64,000 nucleotides of DNA, from positions 17,257 through 81,256 of the IMG/VR virus record IMGVR_UViG_3300036846_000488; one strand, 5' to 3'. The position numbers and the translations under genes were made by a program. Origin of the DNA: a virus. The stretch's first letter is position 1, and each line of letters starts with the position of its first letter. Shown piece after piece: positions 42,698 through 50,853 of this stretch. Below the pieces are notes generated by a model that was given only the letters and a program-made list of their open reading frames with translations, was not told the DNA's origin and did not search any database.

Positions 42698-43046
42698 CAT
42701 CGAGGTCGACAAGGAGAAGCTGATCAAGACCCTGAAGAAGAACCGGAAGGCGCATCGGGCGATCTTCCTGAAGGGTCAGGAGGTCTACCGCCAGCAGATG
42801 ATCAAGGAGATCGAGCAAGCGCTGGCAGATGCTCGCAACGGCGGCAAGATCACCCGGGGCTTCTCACTCCCGGTGCCCGAGGACCACACCGAGGACTTCG
42901 ACACCGTGATCGGGATGCTCCAGTGGCACCAGGGCGAGAAGATCATGCTCAGCTACCGCGAGTACCAGACCTACATCGAGAACAAGTGGGGCTGGCAGCA
43001 GTCCTTCGGGGCCACCACCATGGCCTACGCCGGGATGGCCCCGTGA
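42690..43046 (+). CDS. Conserved phage hypothetical protein
   Basis: V.KEKL...L..N...H...Y...P.DH..D.D..I.ML...W.W. Confidence 0.72.
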   Translation: MDDIEVDKEKLIKTLKKNRKAHRAIFLKGQEVYRQQMIKEIEQALADARNGGKITRGFSLPVPEDHTEDFDTVIGMLQWHQGEKIMLSYREYQTYIENKWGWQQSFGATTMAYAGMAP

Positions 43047-43249
43047 GCATCCCGATCCCCAAGATCGACACGGTGATGCACTTCACCGACGAGATCGGGG
43101 TGGTCGAGATCTCCACCTGCCGAGACGAGCTCACCCTCGTCATCGGCGCGCCGTACACCAACGTTCTGACCACCCACCACGAGGGTCAGACGATCATCAG
43201 GATCGGAAAGGATCCGACACACATGAACAGACTGAGGGACCGACGATGA
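43043..43249 (+). CDS. Hypothetical protein
   Basis: GTGA coupled, MSIPIPK. Confidence 0.58.
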   Translation: MSIPIPKIDTVMHFTDEIGVVEISTCRDELTLVIGAPYTNVLTTHHEGQTIIRIGKDPTHMNRLRDRR

Positions 43250-43473
43250 CTGAGGGAATGCAGGCCGTCGAGCCCGACGCCTGTCCGGAGTGCGCCTATG
43301 TGGCGTACCTCGGCTACGAGGTACAGGGCGTCTACGACGGCGTTCTGTACTGGGTGTGCCCAGCCTGTGGGCACGCCTGGCCGCGCTGGGTCGGTGACTC
43401 CAGCCAGCGGATGGCTCAGCTCTCCCAGCAGTACGCCGACGAACACAACGAGAAGCAGAAGGAGAGGACATGA
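43246..43473 (+). CDS. Zinc-ribbon protein
   Basis: CPEC...YDGV..W.CP.CG..W.R. Confidence 0.72.
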   Translation: MTEGMQAVEPDACPECAYVAYLGYEVQGVYDGVLYWVCPACGHAWPRWVGDSSQRMAQLSQQYADEHNEKQKERT

Positions 43474-43727
43474 GCGATCAAGGCGATGTGATCTTCAGAG
43501 CTCCCATGGACAACAACACCTGGTTGGTCCTGGTGACCGGGATCACCGAGTCCCAGGGAGAGCTGACCATCACCAAGATCGGCGATGGCGAGGTGATTCT
43601 CACCGAGCGGGTCGGGCTGATGTACGGCGCGATCTTCGGGCCTGACATCGACGATGTTCGGACGTGGGAGCGCATGGCAGTCGAAGCCGTTGACAGCTAC
43701 AACGCGAAGAAGGAGGAGGTCACATGA
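43470..43727 (+). CDS. Hypothetical protein
   Basis: V.L.YGA.FGPD..DV..W. Confidence 0.7.
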   Translation: MSDQGDVIFRAPMDNNTWLVLVTGITESQGELTITKIGDGEVILTERVGLMYGAIFGPDIDDVRTWERMAVEAVDSYNAKKEEVT

Positions 43728-44092
43728 CCAGCGCATTCGACGACCAGTCCAGCCCGATGATGACCAGCGCGAACAACGTGGGCGACGGCTGGCACCCCAT
43801 CCTCCGCGAGCTGGAGGAGAAGCTCAACGCGATCGACCCGGACTTCGAGCTCCAGCAGGTCAAGGAGAAGTTCGGCGCGCTGCGGTACTACGCGCGGACC
43901 ACGAAGGACGCAGACCAGTATCGGAAGTTCCACCTTGCGATCTCGGTGGCCGAAACGCAGTCCTCGAAGACCTGTGAGGTATGCGGGGAGCCGGGCCGCA
44001 CCTGTAGACCCGGGCTGCACTGGATCAAGACCCTCTGTGATGAGCACTTCGCGGAGGCCAAGAAGGAACACGAGAAGGAGTTCAACAGATGA
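43724..44092 (+). CDS. Conserved phage protein (QVKEKFG.LR.Y family)
   Basis: GW..I...QVKEKFG.LRYY...CE.CG.PG...W..TLC..H. Confidence 0.8.
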   Translation: MTSAFDDQSSPMMTSANNVGDGWHPILRELEEKLNAIDPDFELQQVKEKFGALRYYARTTKDADQYRKFHLAISVAETQSSKTCEVCGEPGRTCRPGLHWIKTLCDEHFAEAKKEHEKEFNR

Positions 44093-44217
44093 TGCACTGG
44101 ATCACCAGCATCCTGGCCGGCGGAGGTGCCGGCGTGATCACCGCCGCGTTCATGGAGGCGTACTACCAGCGCCGCGCGCAGGAAGAAGTCGGCCAGTACG
44201 ACCAGGAGACGCCATGA
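44089..44217 (+). CDS. Small membrane peptide (42 aa)
   Basis: Manual: MMHWITSILAGGGAGVITAAFMEAYYQRR...; ATGA overlaps at both ends. Confidence 0.58.
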   Translation: MMHWITSILAGGGAGVITAAFMEAYYQRRAQEEVGQYDQETP

Positions 44218-44906
44218 GTGAAGCCAACCCGTTCATGGTGATGATCCTGGAGCACAACAACTTCGTCTCCGAGGCCCAGGAGGTGGAAGCGCAGATCACA
44301 CCGCTCGACGATCAACTCAATTTCGGTGTCGGGGATGTGGCCATCCTGGCTTCGTCCAACGCTCCGCTGGAGGCGGACTTCACCGTGGTCAAGGGTCTCG
44401 ACCCGGCCAACTACGCGGAGACCTTCCCCGACTGGGAGGAGCGGATGACGTTCAACGCGCACGTCCTCTGCGAGATCTTCTCCCGTGCCGACACCGAGCT
44501 GAGCATCGGCTGGGTACACCGACTGAAGCTGCTGCCGATCAAGCAGTACCGGTACAAGGAGCTGAAGACCTGGCGGAAGAAGGGGTTCCCCGAAGACCCG
44601 CCGGAGTGGGTGATGAAGATCTTCCGGAACTACACCGACCAGCTCGCCGAGCGCGCGCCGGACAAGGTGCCGGTGGCTGTCACCTGCTCGGCCTGCGGCA
44701 AGCGCAATGTCGAACTGGTCGTCGTCCGGAGGCTGGAGTACCGGGGTCGGGCCGGCCTGATGAGACAAGGCGAGGACGAGCGTCATGTCACGCTCCATGA
44801 TCCGGAGACGACCTCAACGCACCAGGCCAAACTGGTCTGCTCGGACTGCCTGGTGGAGACCCGACTCGGCGACGACTCGTGGGTGCTGCCGAACGTCAGT
44901 AACTGA
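44214..44906 (+). CDS. Hypothetical protein with a C-terminal zinc ribbon
   Basis: Start MSEANPF; CSAC...CSDC. Confidence 0.72.
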   Translation: MSEANPFMVMILEHNNFVSEAQEVEAQITPLDDQLNFGVGDVAILASSNAPLEADFTVVKGLDPANYAETFPDWEERMTFNAHVLCEIFSRADTELSIGWVHRLKLLPIKQYRYKELKTWRKKGFPEDPPEWVMKIFRNYTDQLAERAPDKVPVAVTCSACGKRNVELVVVRRLEYRGRAGLMRQGEDERHVTLHDPETTSTHQAKLVCSDCLVETRLGDDSWVLPNVSN

Positions 44907-44915
44907 TTCCAAGTC

Positions 44916-44944
44916 TTCCTGTTGTGTCGTGTTTGTGATACAAT
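44916..44944 (+). promoter_or_regulatory. Sigma-A promoter P4 (extended -10)
   Basis: TTCCTG-N17-TACAAT with TGn extension. Confidence 0.72.
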
Positions 44945-44949
44945 AGGAG

Positions 44950-45068
44950 CGTGCCTTAGTAAGACCTGGGCACATGCAGGATCCACACCTCGACGAGGTG
45001 GGAGCGACGCTCTGCGAGATCCTGTTGAAGTACGGCCCTCACCGCTCAGATAGCGGTGGGGGCTTTTC
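44950..45068 (+). ncRNA. Candidate small RNA 4 / leader with GAC-triloop hairpins + terminator
   Basis: GTGCCT/GGGCAC; CAGGATC/GATCCTG enclosing two GAC hairpins; GGCCCTCACCGCT/AGCGGTGGGGGCT-TTT. Confidence 0.62.
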
Positions 45069-45108
45069 TCATGTCCGCACCTCGACGAGGTGGGAGCGAC
45101 GCTCTGCG
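44986..45108. repeat. Perfect 31-bp direct repeat (44986-45016, 45078-45108) bracketing a terminator
   Basis: CACCTCGACGAGGTGGGAGCGACGCTCTGCG twice. Confidence 0.95.
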
Positions 45109-45150
45109 CGACGTGTGAGATCTACAACAACCCTGAAGGGAAGTACGACA

Positions 45151-46158
45151 GTGAGTACTGTCACCGCTACACCCGCCGGCCCGTCCATCCGGACCCGCGT
45201 CGGCGAAGTCCTCAAGAACTGGGGCAAGAAGGTGCCGCCCATCGTCAAGAAGGCCGGTAACTGGTTCACGACCGCGCTCAAGAAGAGCGGCGGTTTCCTC
45301 AAGAAGGCCGGCAAGTGGGCCCTCGAAGCCAAGGCCACGCAGTGGGTCATGGACAAGGCCAAGCCCGCCTGGAACAAGGCATGGCCCATCATCAAGGGTC
45401 CGATCCTCTGGGTCGCGACGCCAGTGCTGGTCGTGCTGGCCCTGCCGAAGGTCGTGCTCATCTGCCTCGGCGCACTCCTGGTCGGGCTGATCTTCGCCAT
45501 GTGGCGTATCTCTAGGTCTCGGAAGAAGAACGCCAAGACCTACACCGATGCCGAGTGGGACGCGATCACCGATGTCATCGGTCACTCCAAGACCGCCTAC
45601 ACGTCCACGGTCAACGGCCAGTCCAAGACCGAGTTCGGCGAGATGAAGATCACCGGGAACGCCAAGGGTCGGATCAAGGTCTACTGGCGCGCTGTCCCGG
45701 ATGTGGTCACCACCACTCCGACATCTCGGTTCCGGACCACACACCACACCGAGAGCGAGGACCAGCTGCAGGAGCGGCTGAACACCGCACTCGGCGAGGC
45801 CGGAAACGTCAATGGGCTGACCCTCACCGGTGAGCCCACGGCGGGCGAGACCATCGCCTTGCGGTACAGGTTCCTCGACCAGCAGGCCAAGCTGGCCGGC
45901 CAGAACATGGACACTGACCTGCTGTCCGAGGTCATGGGCCGGATGAACTTGATCGAGGTCCGAACCGGGATGACCCAAGGGAAGATCAAAGCGGATGCCA
46001 AGGCTCAGCTGATCCATGGCGATCTCCGTCAGTGGCTCACCGAGACCTTCCCGAAGACGGACTGGAAGTGGGATCTGATGTACAAGGCGGCGGTCAACGA
46101 GAGCACTCGGCTCAAGAAGCTCGCCGAGATGCAGGAGGAGTTGGCTCCCGCCAGCTGA
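45151..46158 (+). CDS. Membrane protein (Lys/Trp amphipathic N-terminus, long hydrophobic hairpin)
   Basis: GTG start MSTVTAT with GAAGGG RBS. Confidence 0.78.
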   Translation: MSTVTATPAGPSIRTRVGEVLKNWGKKVPPIVKKAGNWFTTALKKSGGFLKKAGKWALEAKATQWVMDKAKPAWNKAWPIIKGPILWVATPVLVVLALPKVVLICLGALLVGLIFAMWRISRSRKKNAKTYTDAEWDAITDVIGHSKTAYTSTVNGQSKTEFGEMKITGNAKGRIKVYWRAVPDVVTTTPTSRFRTTHHTESEDQLQERLNTALGEAGNVNGLTLTGEPTAGETIALRYRFLDQQAKLAGQNMDTDLLSEVMGRMNLIEVRTGMTQGKIKADAKAQLIHGDLRQWLTETFPKTDWKWDLMYKAAVNESTRLKKLAEMQEELAPAS

Positions 46159-46166
46159 TCCTCACG

Positions 46167-46196
46167 AGGGGAGGGGCTCGGGCCCCTCCCCTTTTC
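46167..46196 (+). terminator. Intrinsic terminator
   Basis: AGGGGAGGGGC/GCCCCTCCCCT-TTT. Confidence 0.75.
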
Positions 46197-46222
46197 CATG
46201 TCACAACCAGAAAGGAGTCGTA

Positions 46223-46486
46223 ATGGCTCAGAGACAAGCAGCACGAGAGATGAGGTTCGTCTGGGAAGCCGAGAACGGGGGAAGTTTCAACCACCTCGAC
46301 TTCCAGATGATGGACGACATCGCGAAAGCACTCGGCAGAGTGCGGGGCGTCCACATCGCCTTCGCGTTCTTCGATGTGTCCACCGGACGACGGATCCGTT
46401 CCTACGGTCCGTTCGGCCCAGCAAGCCCGGAGCTCCAGAAGCTCATCGACGTAGAACTCGCAGAGAACGAGGACGTACCCGCATGA
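46223..46486 (+). CDS. Hypothetical protein
   Basis: AGAAAGGAG RBS. Confidence 0.68.
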   Translation: MAQRQAAREMRFVWEAENGGSFNHLDFQMMDDIAKALGRVRGVHIAFAFFDVSTGRRIRSYGPFGPASPELQKLIDVELAENEDVPA

Positions 46487-46893
46487 GGTATACCCCTGAC
46501 GATCCGGCTTTCAACACAGTGGTCAACCACGAGATCGAAGGCTCCTATCCCGACGAACGCATGATCTTCCTGGACACCGACAACCGCGTCCGCGAGGTCG
46601 TCTACGCCAGTGAGTTCGGCAGTGGCGCGATTCAGCAAGTTCGGTCTCGGCTGGAGAAGTCAGGGGTGCTCAAGGGGATCGTGCACGTCGCGGCCTCGGT
46701 TCCTCTCGGCACGCGCGATGGTCACGGGCCTCGGTACTCCTCCGTGGAGTATCTGCCCGATGGCCAGTTCTACGTACGTCAGAGCGTGATTCACCAGTCG
46801 CTCTGGGTCGAGAAGACCGATCTGATCCAGATGACGATCGAAGCTACCCGGTCCGTCTACGCGAGAGAGGAGGAGGGACCCGAAGAGAAGTGA
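46483..46893 (+). CDS. Hypothetical protein
   Basis: Start MRYTPD, ATGA coupled. Confidence 0.65.
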   Translation: MRYTPDDPAFNTVVNHEIEGSYPDERMIFLDTDNRVREVVYASEFGSGAIQQVRSRLEKSGVLKGIVHVAASVPLGTRDGHGPRYSSVEYLPDGQFYVRQSVIHQSLWVEKTDLIQMTIEATRSVYAREEEGPEEK

Positions 46894-46917
46894 CCATCTC
46901 AACCTAGAAGGGAACCA

Positions 46918-47187
46918 ATGTCAGATCTCACCATCGTGAGGATGCGGTTGACGGCTGACCTGATCGCCAGGGTCAAGAAGCCGTTACCCGCGCCTCACCT
47001 AGTCACCATCGCCAACCGCTCCCTGACGTATCTGCACGTCGGGGCGGTCGAGGGCTTCGAGGATCGTCTCGAAGTCCTCTTCGACGATCAGTACCGCAAC
47101 GTCCACATGCACCACCACGACGCACGCTTCGAGACCTGTCGTCAGTGCGCCCGTCAAGCTCAGGACAACCTCGGAATCATCGAGTAG
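46918..47187 (+). CDS. Hypothetical protein with a His/Cys cluster
   Basis: H.HHH...C..C; GAAGGG RBS. Confidence 0.62.
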   Translation: MSDLTIVRMRLTADLIARVKKPLPAPHLVTIANRSLTYLHVGAVEGFEDRLEVLFDDQYRNVHMHHHDARFETCRQCARQAQDNLGIIE

Positions 47188-47200
47188 AGAACGGAATCGT

Positions 47201-48826
47201 ATGTCTCAAGACACCATGTGGAGTGACAAGGCAGCGAAGAAGGACGTGAAGAAGGCCAACGACTTCCTCAAGGAGATCGCCGGTGGCCGGATCACAGTGG
47301 AGAGCGCGTTCGAGTACCGCGACGACGGCGGAATCCGGATCGCTCTGCCGCAGAACCCAACCAAGATGAGCCTGAAGAAGGCAGCGAACATGCTGCTCTC
47401 TCAGGCTGAGGCCGAAGAGGCCATGCACGAGTTCACCAAGCCGTTCGACTGCCGTCCGATGGACGGTGCCTTCGCCTTCAACAAGGTGCTGAAGGATGTC
47501 TACGGTATGACCGCGATCGGCAAGGAGATCAGGTCGTTCTTCGGGGGTCAGCTGCCCGAGCTCAGGACGGTCAAGATCTCTCCGACTGAGGAGGTCCAGG
47601 TGCCGTTCGGGCTCCTGGAGTTCCCGCCTCTGGGGGCTCAGTTCTACCTCCAGGAGCGTGCCGACGAGGACTATGGCATGGCGTTCCAGGTGTACGTCAT
47701 GGCGAAGAAGAAGTACGAGGTGGAGATCCGCGGCCTGCTGATGCTGGTCGAGGGCTACATCAAGGAGCACTCGATCTACCGGAACAAGGCCCTGATCGGG
47801 GTCGGGCGGATCGTGAACGGTTCCTACAAGGAGCCGGAGTTCTTCAACCCCTACACCGTCGATCGGCACCGGGTGGTCTACTCCATCGAGGTCCAGGAGG
47901 CGTTGGAGGACGAGATCTGGGGTGTGATCGAGAACGCCGAGGTGCTACGCACCACGACCACGGTCAAGCACCGGATCGTCACGGACGACCCGGAGGACCT
48001 GGAGTTCCTGAACGCGCTCCGGGACGACGGCAAGCCCTATCCTCTCCAGCACGACGAGGACGGCGCGTACGTCGAGATCACCTACCCCGGCGAGGACATC
48101 GGCAACAAGGTCCTCCTGCACGGCGAGAACGGCACCGGCAAGACGCTGGCCGCCGCGGTCTCCGCGCAGATCTGCCTGGAGCACGACTGGTCGTTCATCC
48201 AGGCTCGGTGGGACGAGGATCTGAAGCACGTCATGCGCTTCGCTGAGCTCCTCGGCACGCCGGCAGTGGTGGTGATCGAGGATGTGGAGAAGCTGATCGT
48301 CAACAACCCGGCGAAGATGGACCAGCTCCTGGAGCAGTTCGACGGGATGCGGACCAAGGGGCGCGAGGTGCTTCTGCTGATGACCAGCAACCACGTCGGT
48401 GAGCTCCCGAAGGCCCTGACTCGGGCCGGACGGATCAACCGGATGATCTACGTCAGCGACCTCGACCGTGAGGGCGTGGAGCGTCTGATCAACGTCCTGA
48501 TCCCCGCGCACCAGCGCGAGGAGCTCGACTACGAGGCCCTGCACACCGCCTACGAGGGGTTCGCTCCCTCGTGGATCGTGCAGGCGCTGAAGGGTGTCAC
48601 CAAGCGGTCGGTGATCCGGACCGGGAAGCGCGGGGAGCCTCTGGCCACCCCGGACTTCGTGCGCTGCGCGAACGCGCTCCGTGCGGCCTGGAAGCTGCAC
48701 ACCGAGTCCGAGGACCGGCCCACCAAGCCGGCGCTGGAGACTCTGCTACGCGAGCTGTTCGCGTCAGAGCTCCAGAACCACACGGTGGACATCCACGACG
48801 ATGGCGACATCCTCGTCCGGGACTGA
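47201..48826 (+). CDS. AAA+ ATPase (classic AAA clade)
   Basis: VLLHGENGTGKT, VVVIEDVE, MTSN, ALTRAGR. Confidence 0.9.
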   Translation: MSQDTMWSDKAAKKDVKKANDFLKEIAGGRITVESAFEYRDDGGIRIALPQNPTKMSLKKAANMLLSQAEAEEAMHEFTKPFDCRPMDGAFAFNKVLKDVYGMTAIGKEIRSFFGGQLPELRTVKISPTEEVQVPFGLLEFPPLGAQFYLQERADEDYGMAFQVYVMAKKKYEVEIRGLLMLVEGYIKEHSIYRNKALIGVGRIVNGSYKEPEFFNPYTVDRHRVVYSIEVQEALEDEIWGVIENAEVLRTTTTVKHRIVTDDPEDLEFLNALRDDGKPYPLQHDEDGAYVEITYPGEDIGNKVLLHGENGTGKTLAAAVSAQICLEHDWSFIQARWDEDLKHVMRFAELLGTPAVVVIEDVEKLIVNNPAKMDQLLEQFDGMRTKGREVLLLMTSNHVGELPKALTRAGRINRMIYVSDLDREGVERLINVLIPAHQREELDYEALHTAYEGFAPSWIVQALKGVTKRSVIRTGKRGEPLATPDFVRCANALRAAWKLHTESEDRPTKPALETLLRELFASELQNHTVDIHDDGDILVRD

Positions 48827-48850
48827 TCTAGTCCTCATCTAGACCGCTTC

Positions 48851-48893
48851 GGGAGGGGTGGGGTTGGCTTCCCTTCCTCCACCCCTCCCGGGG
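48851..48893 (+). terminator. GC-rich hairpin after the AAA ATPase (no U tract)
   Basis: GGGAGGGGTGG/CCACCCCTCCC. Confidence 0.45.
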
Positions 48894-48914
48894 CTCCCCC
48901 ATGAGAGGAATCAG

Positions 48915-49214
48915 ATGGATGTAGAAGACGCCTTCACCCAGGAGGCGATCACAGCGTTGGGGACCGATGTCAGTGGTGACCTGGAGGATGAGGTCCGGAC
49001 CATGGTGCAGCGAATCTTCACCACCAACGAGCTGGTCCTTCCTGAGGATCTGGCTCGCTCAGTAGAGAACGTCGCAGTGCTCTTCTTCGTCGCAGGACGA
49101 ACCTACGAGTCCGACTCCAGCAACGAGAAGGACCCGATCCAGCTTCTAGTGGACACCTACCCGGATGTAGCCAGCGCGCTCATCCGGTTCCTGGTCCAGA
49201 GGGGAGAGGTATGA
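48915..49214 (+). CDS. Acidic hypothetical protein
   Basis: Start MDVEDAF with GAGGA RBS. Confidence 0.68.
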   Translation: MDVEDAFTQEAITALGTDVSGDLEDEVRTMVQRIFTTNELVLPEDLARSVENVAVLFFVAGRTYESDSSNEKDPIQLLVDTYPDVASALIRFLVQRGEV

Positions 49215-49933
49215 CCGATCTAGTCGACGACGTGAAGAACTCGTTCGAGAAGTCGAAAGACGATGTGATCGGTGGTCATGTCGAGTTCGGGGATGGTGTC
49301 TCCCTCGTTCGTCATGATGTCGAGGAGCTTGCCCCCGGCTTCATGGCCATGCGTCAGTACTACAACGACATGCTGCTGGTGGTCGCCAGACGCGGGTACC
49401 GGCACTACGCCGGCTCCTCGATGCCGACAGATTCCGACCAGCTGCTGTCGCTCACCGCTCAGTTCCTGAGAGCACCGATGATCGCAGTCTCGCTGGAGGC
49501 GTTCGCGGATGGAGTGATGATCGGGCAACAGACGGATCACCTGATCCGGATGATGACCCACTTCAACGCTCTGGACCATGTGTTCCACGACTCGCACATG
49601 CGGGGTAAGGCGATGACGATGGCGCACGGCTTCGCCGATGACAGGGAGGTGTGTGAGTACTTCAACACCTACCTGGACGGCGCGCTGACGCACATATCCC
49701 ATGTCACCGGGTTCGCGCACAGTGAGGTGGTTCCAGCGAAGATCTGGGATGTCTGGATTCTGTGCGGCACCGCTGTGATCTCGGCCAGCTACCTGGCTGG
49801 TCAACGGATGGGCGCTTCCTGGCGGGAGCGAGACGTACTCGACGGAATCGAGATTGCTAGTGAGTCTCAAGGACAAGATGAACCACATCACCGAGCTGAT
49901 GAAGGCGACCAAGGAGGGTTGGGTAGCCAGTGA
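49211..49933 (+). CDS. Hypothetical helical protein
   Basis: 240 aa, ATGA coupled. Confidence 0.72.
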   Translation: MTDLVDDVKNSFEKSKDDVIGGHVEFGDGVSLVRHDVEELAPGFMAMRQYYNDMLLVVARRGYRHYAGSSMPTDSDQLLSLTAQFLRAPMIAVSLEAFADGVMIGQQTDHLIRMMTHFNALDHVFHDSHMRGKAMTMAHGFADDREVCEYFNTYLDGALTHISHVTGFAHSEVVPAKIWDVWILCGTAVISASYLAGQRMGASWRERDVLDGIEIASESQGQDEPHHRADEGDQGGLGSQ

Positions 49934-50639
49934 GCCGGAGAATCCCGACCTCGCGATCTACCTGCACTTCTGGCGAGGTGACGACCTGGCGGTGATGGTC
50001 CAGTGCCCACTGGATCCCGACATCGGTATGCAGGCTGGTCTGATCGGAGCCTCTGGCTTCTCCGCGACCACCATGTCGATCACCTTCGAGTCCTACTACT
50101 CCGCTCTCAAGAAGTCCCCGCTCACCGGGGAGCCTTGGCTGGCTAGGGAGAAGCAGTACGTGTGCGAGGCGGTGCCAGAGAACCGCACCGAGCACTGGGT
50201 CACCGAGTGTCTGACCACCTCCGCGCATGAACGGGATGGCGAGTTCGCGCTCTCCTTCCTGCCGTACGCGATGGAGAACCATCAGATGATCTGGAGCGAC
50301 AACACCTTGTCTATCTCCAGTGCGGAGGTGGACATCACTGGAAGCGGAGAGATGTTCGGGTACCTCCAGGAGGTGATGTCGAAGCCCACCGTCGAGGAGC
50401 TGATGACCATGGAAGGTGAGAGCAACAAGCTCTACGCTCTCGTGAACACCTTCATCGAGGATCCGGAAGAACGTCTGTTCCAACTCGATATGGCCACCTT
50501 CCGTGCGCTCGAAGAGCGCCAGCTGATGACCACCGCCATGTTCGCTGCCGAGAAAGGCAGCAGGCGAGCGGAGTGGATCAAGGAAAGTTTCGGGGCCCAG
50601 ATTCTTCGGGTCTCGGACATCAAGCCCCCTTCTGGTTGA
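49878..50639 (+). CDS. Hypothetical protein
   Basis: Start MNHITE with AAGGA RBS; 56 nt overlap with the upstream gene. Confidence 0.72.
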   Translation: MNHITELMKATKEGWVASEPENPDLAIYLHFWRGDDLAVMVQCPLDPDIGMQAGLIGASGFSATTMSITFESYYSALKKSPLTGEPWLAREKQYVCEAVPENRTEHWVTECLTTSAHERDGEFALSFLPYAMENHQMIWSDNTLSISSAEVDITGSGEMFGYLQEVMSKPTVEELMTMEGESNKLYALVNTFIEDPEERLFQLDMATFRALEERQLMTTAMFAAEKGSRRAEWIKESFGAQILRVSDIKPPSG

Positions 50640-50651
50640 GGGGTTCAAGGA

Positions 50652-50838
50652 AGGCCCCCGCCTCTCCGTGCCGCGGGAGGCGGGGGTCTCTGACTGACCA
50701 CCCCACGACCGCCTGACTGGTGCATCCACTCGGGGCGGGGTGAGGGAAAAGGGATAGCTGATGCACAGCGAGTCTCATGGCCAAGAGGGGCCCTGTCTCC
50801 GCCTACGGGTGGGGGCAGGGCCCCAAAGGGCCCTTTTT
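50652..50838 (+). terminator. Structured trailer and terminator at the convergence of early and tail transcription
   Basis: Hairpins 50652-50689 and 50783-50838 ending TTTTT; many G-U pairs in plus orientation. Confidence 0.6.
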
Positions 50839-50853
50839 GCGTTTCTGGACCTT

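Noticed and set aside
44986-45108. 31-bp repeat as a minimal CRISPR array or type I-C repeat mimic (reverse strand has GTCGCTCCC...GTGGAT)
   Set aside because: Only two copies, the 61-nt interval contains a terminator, there is no ATTGAAA end and the hairpin register differs from I-C repeats
44974-45150. N-terminal extension of the 394-aa ORF with repeated HLDEVGAT/TSTRWERR
   Set aside because: Runs through the repeat and terminator; the two repeat copies are in different frames, and the RBS supports GTG at 45151
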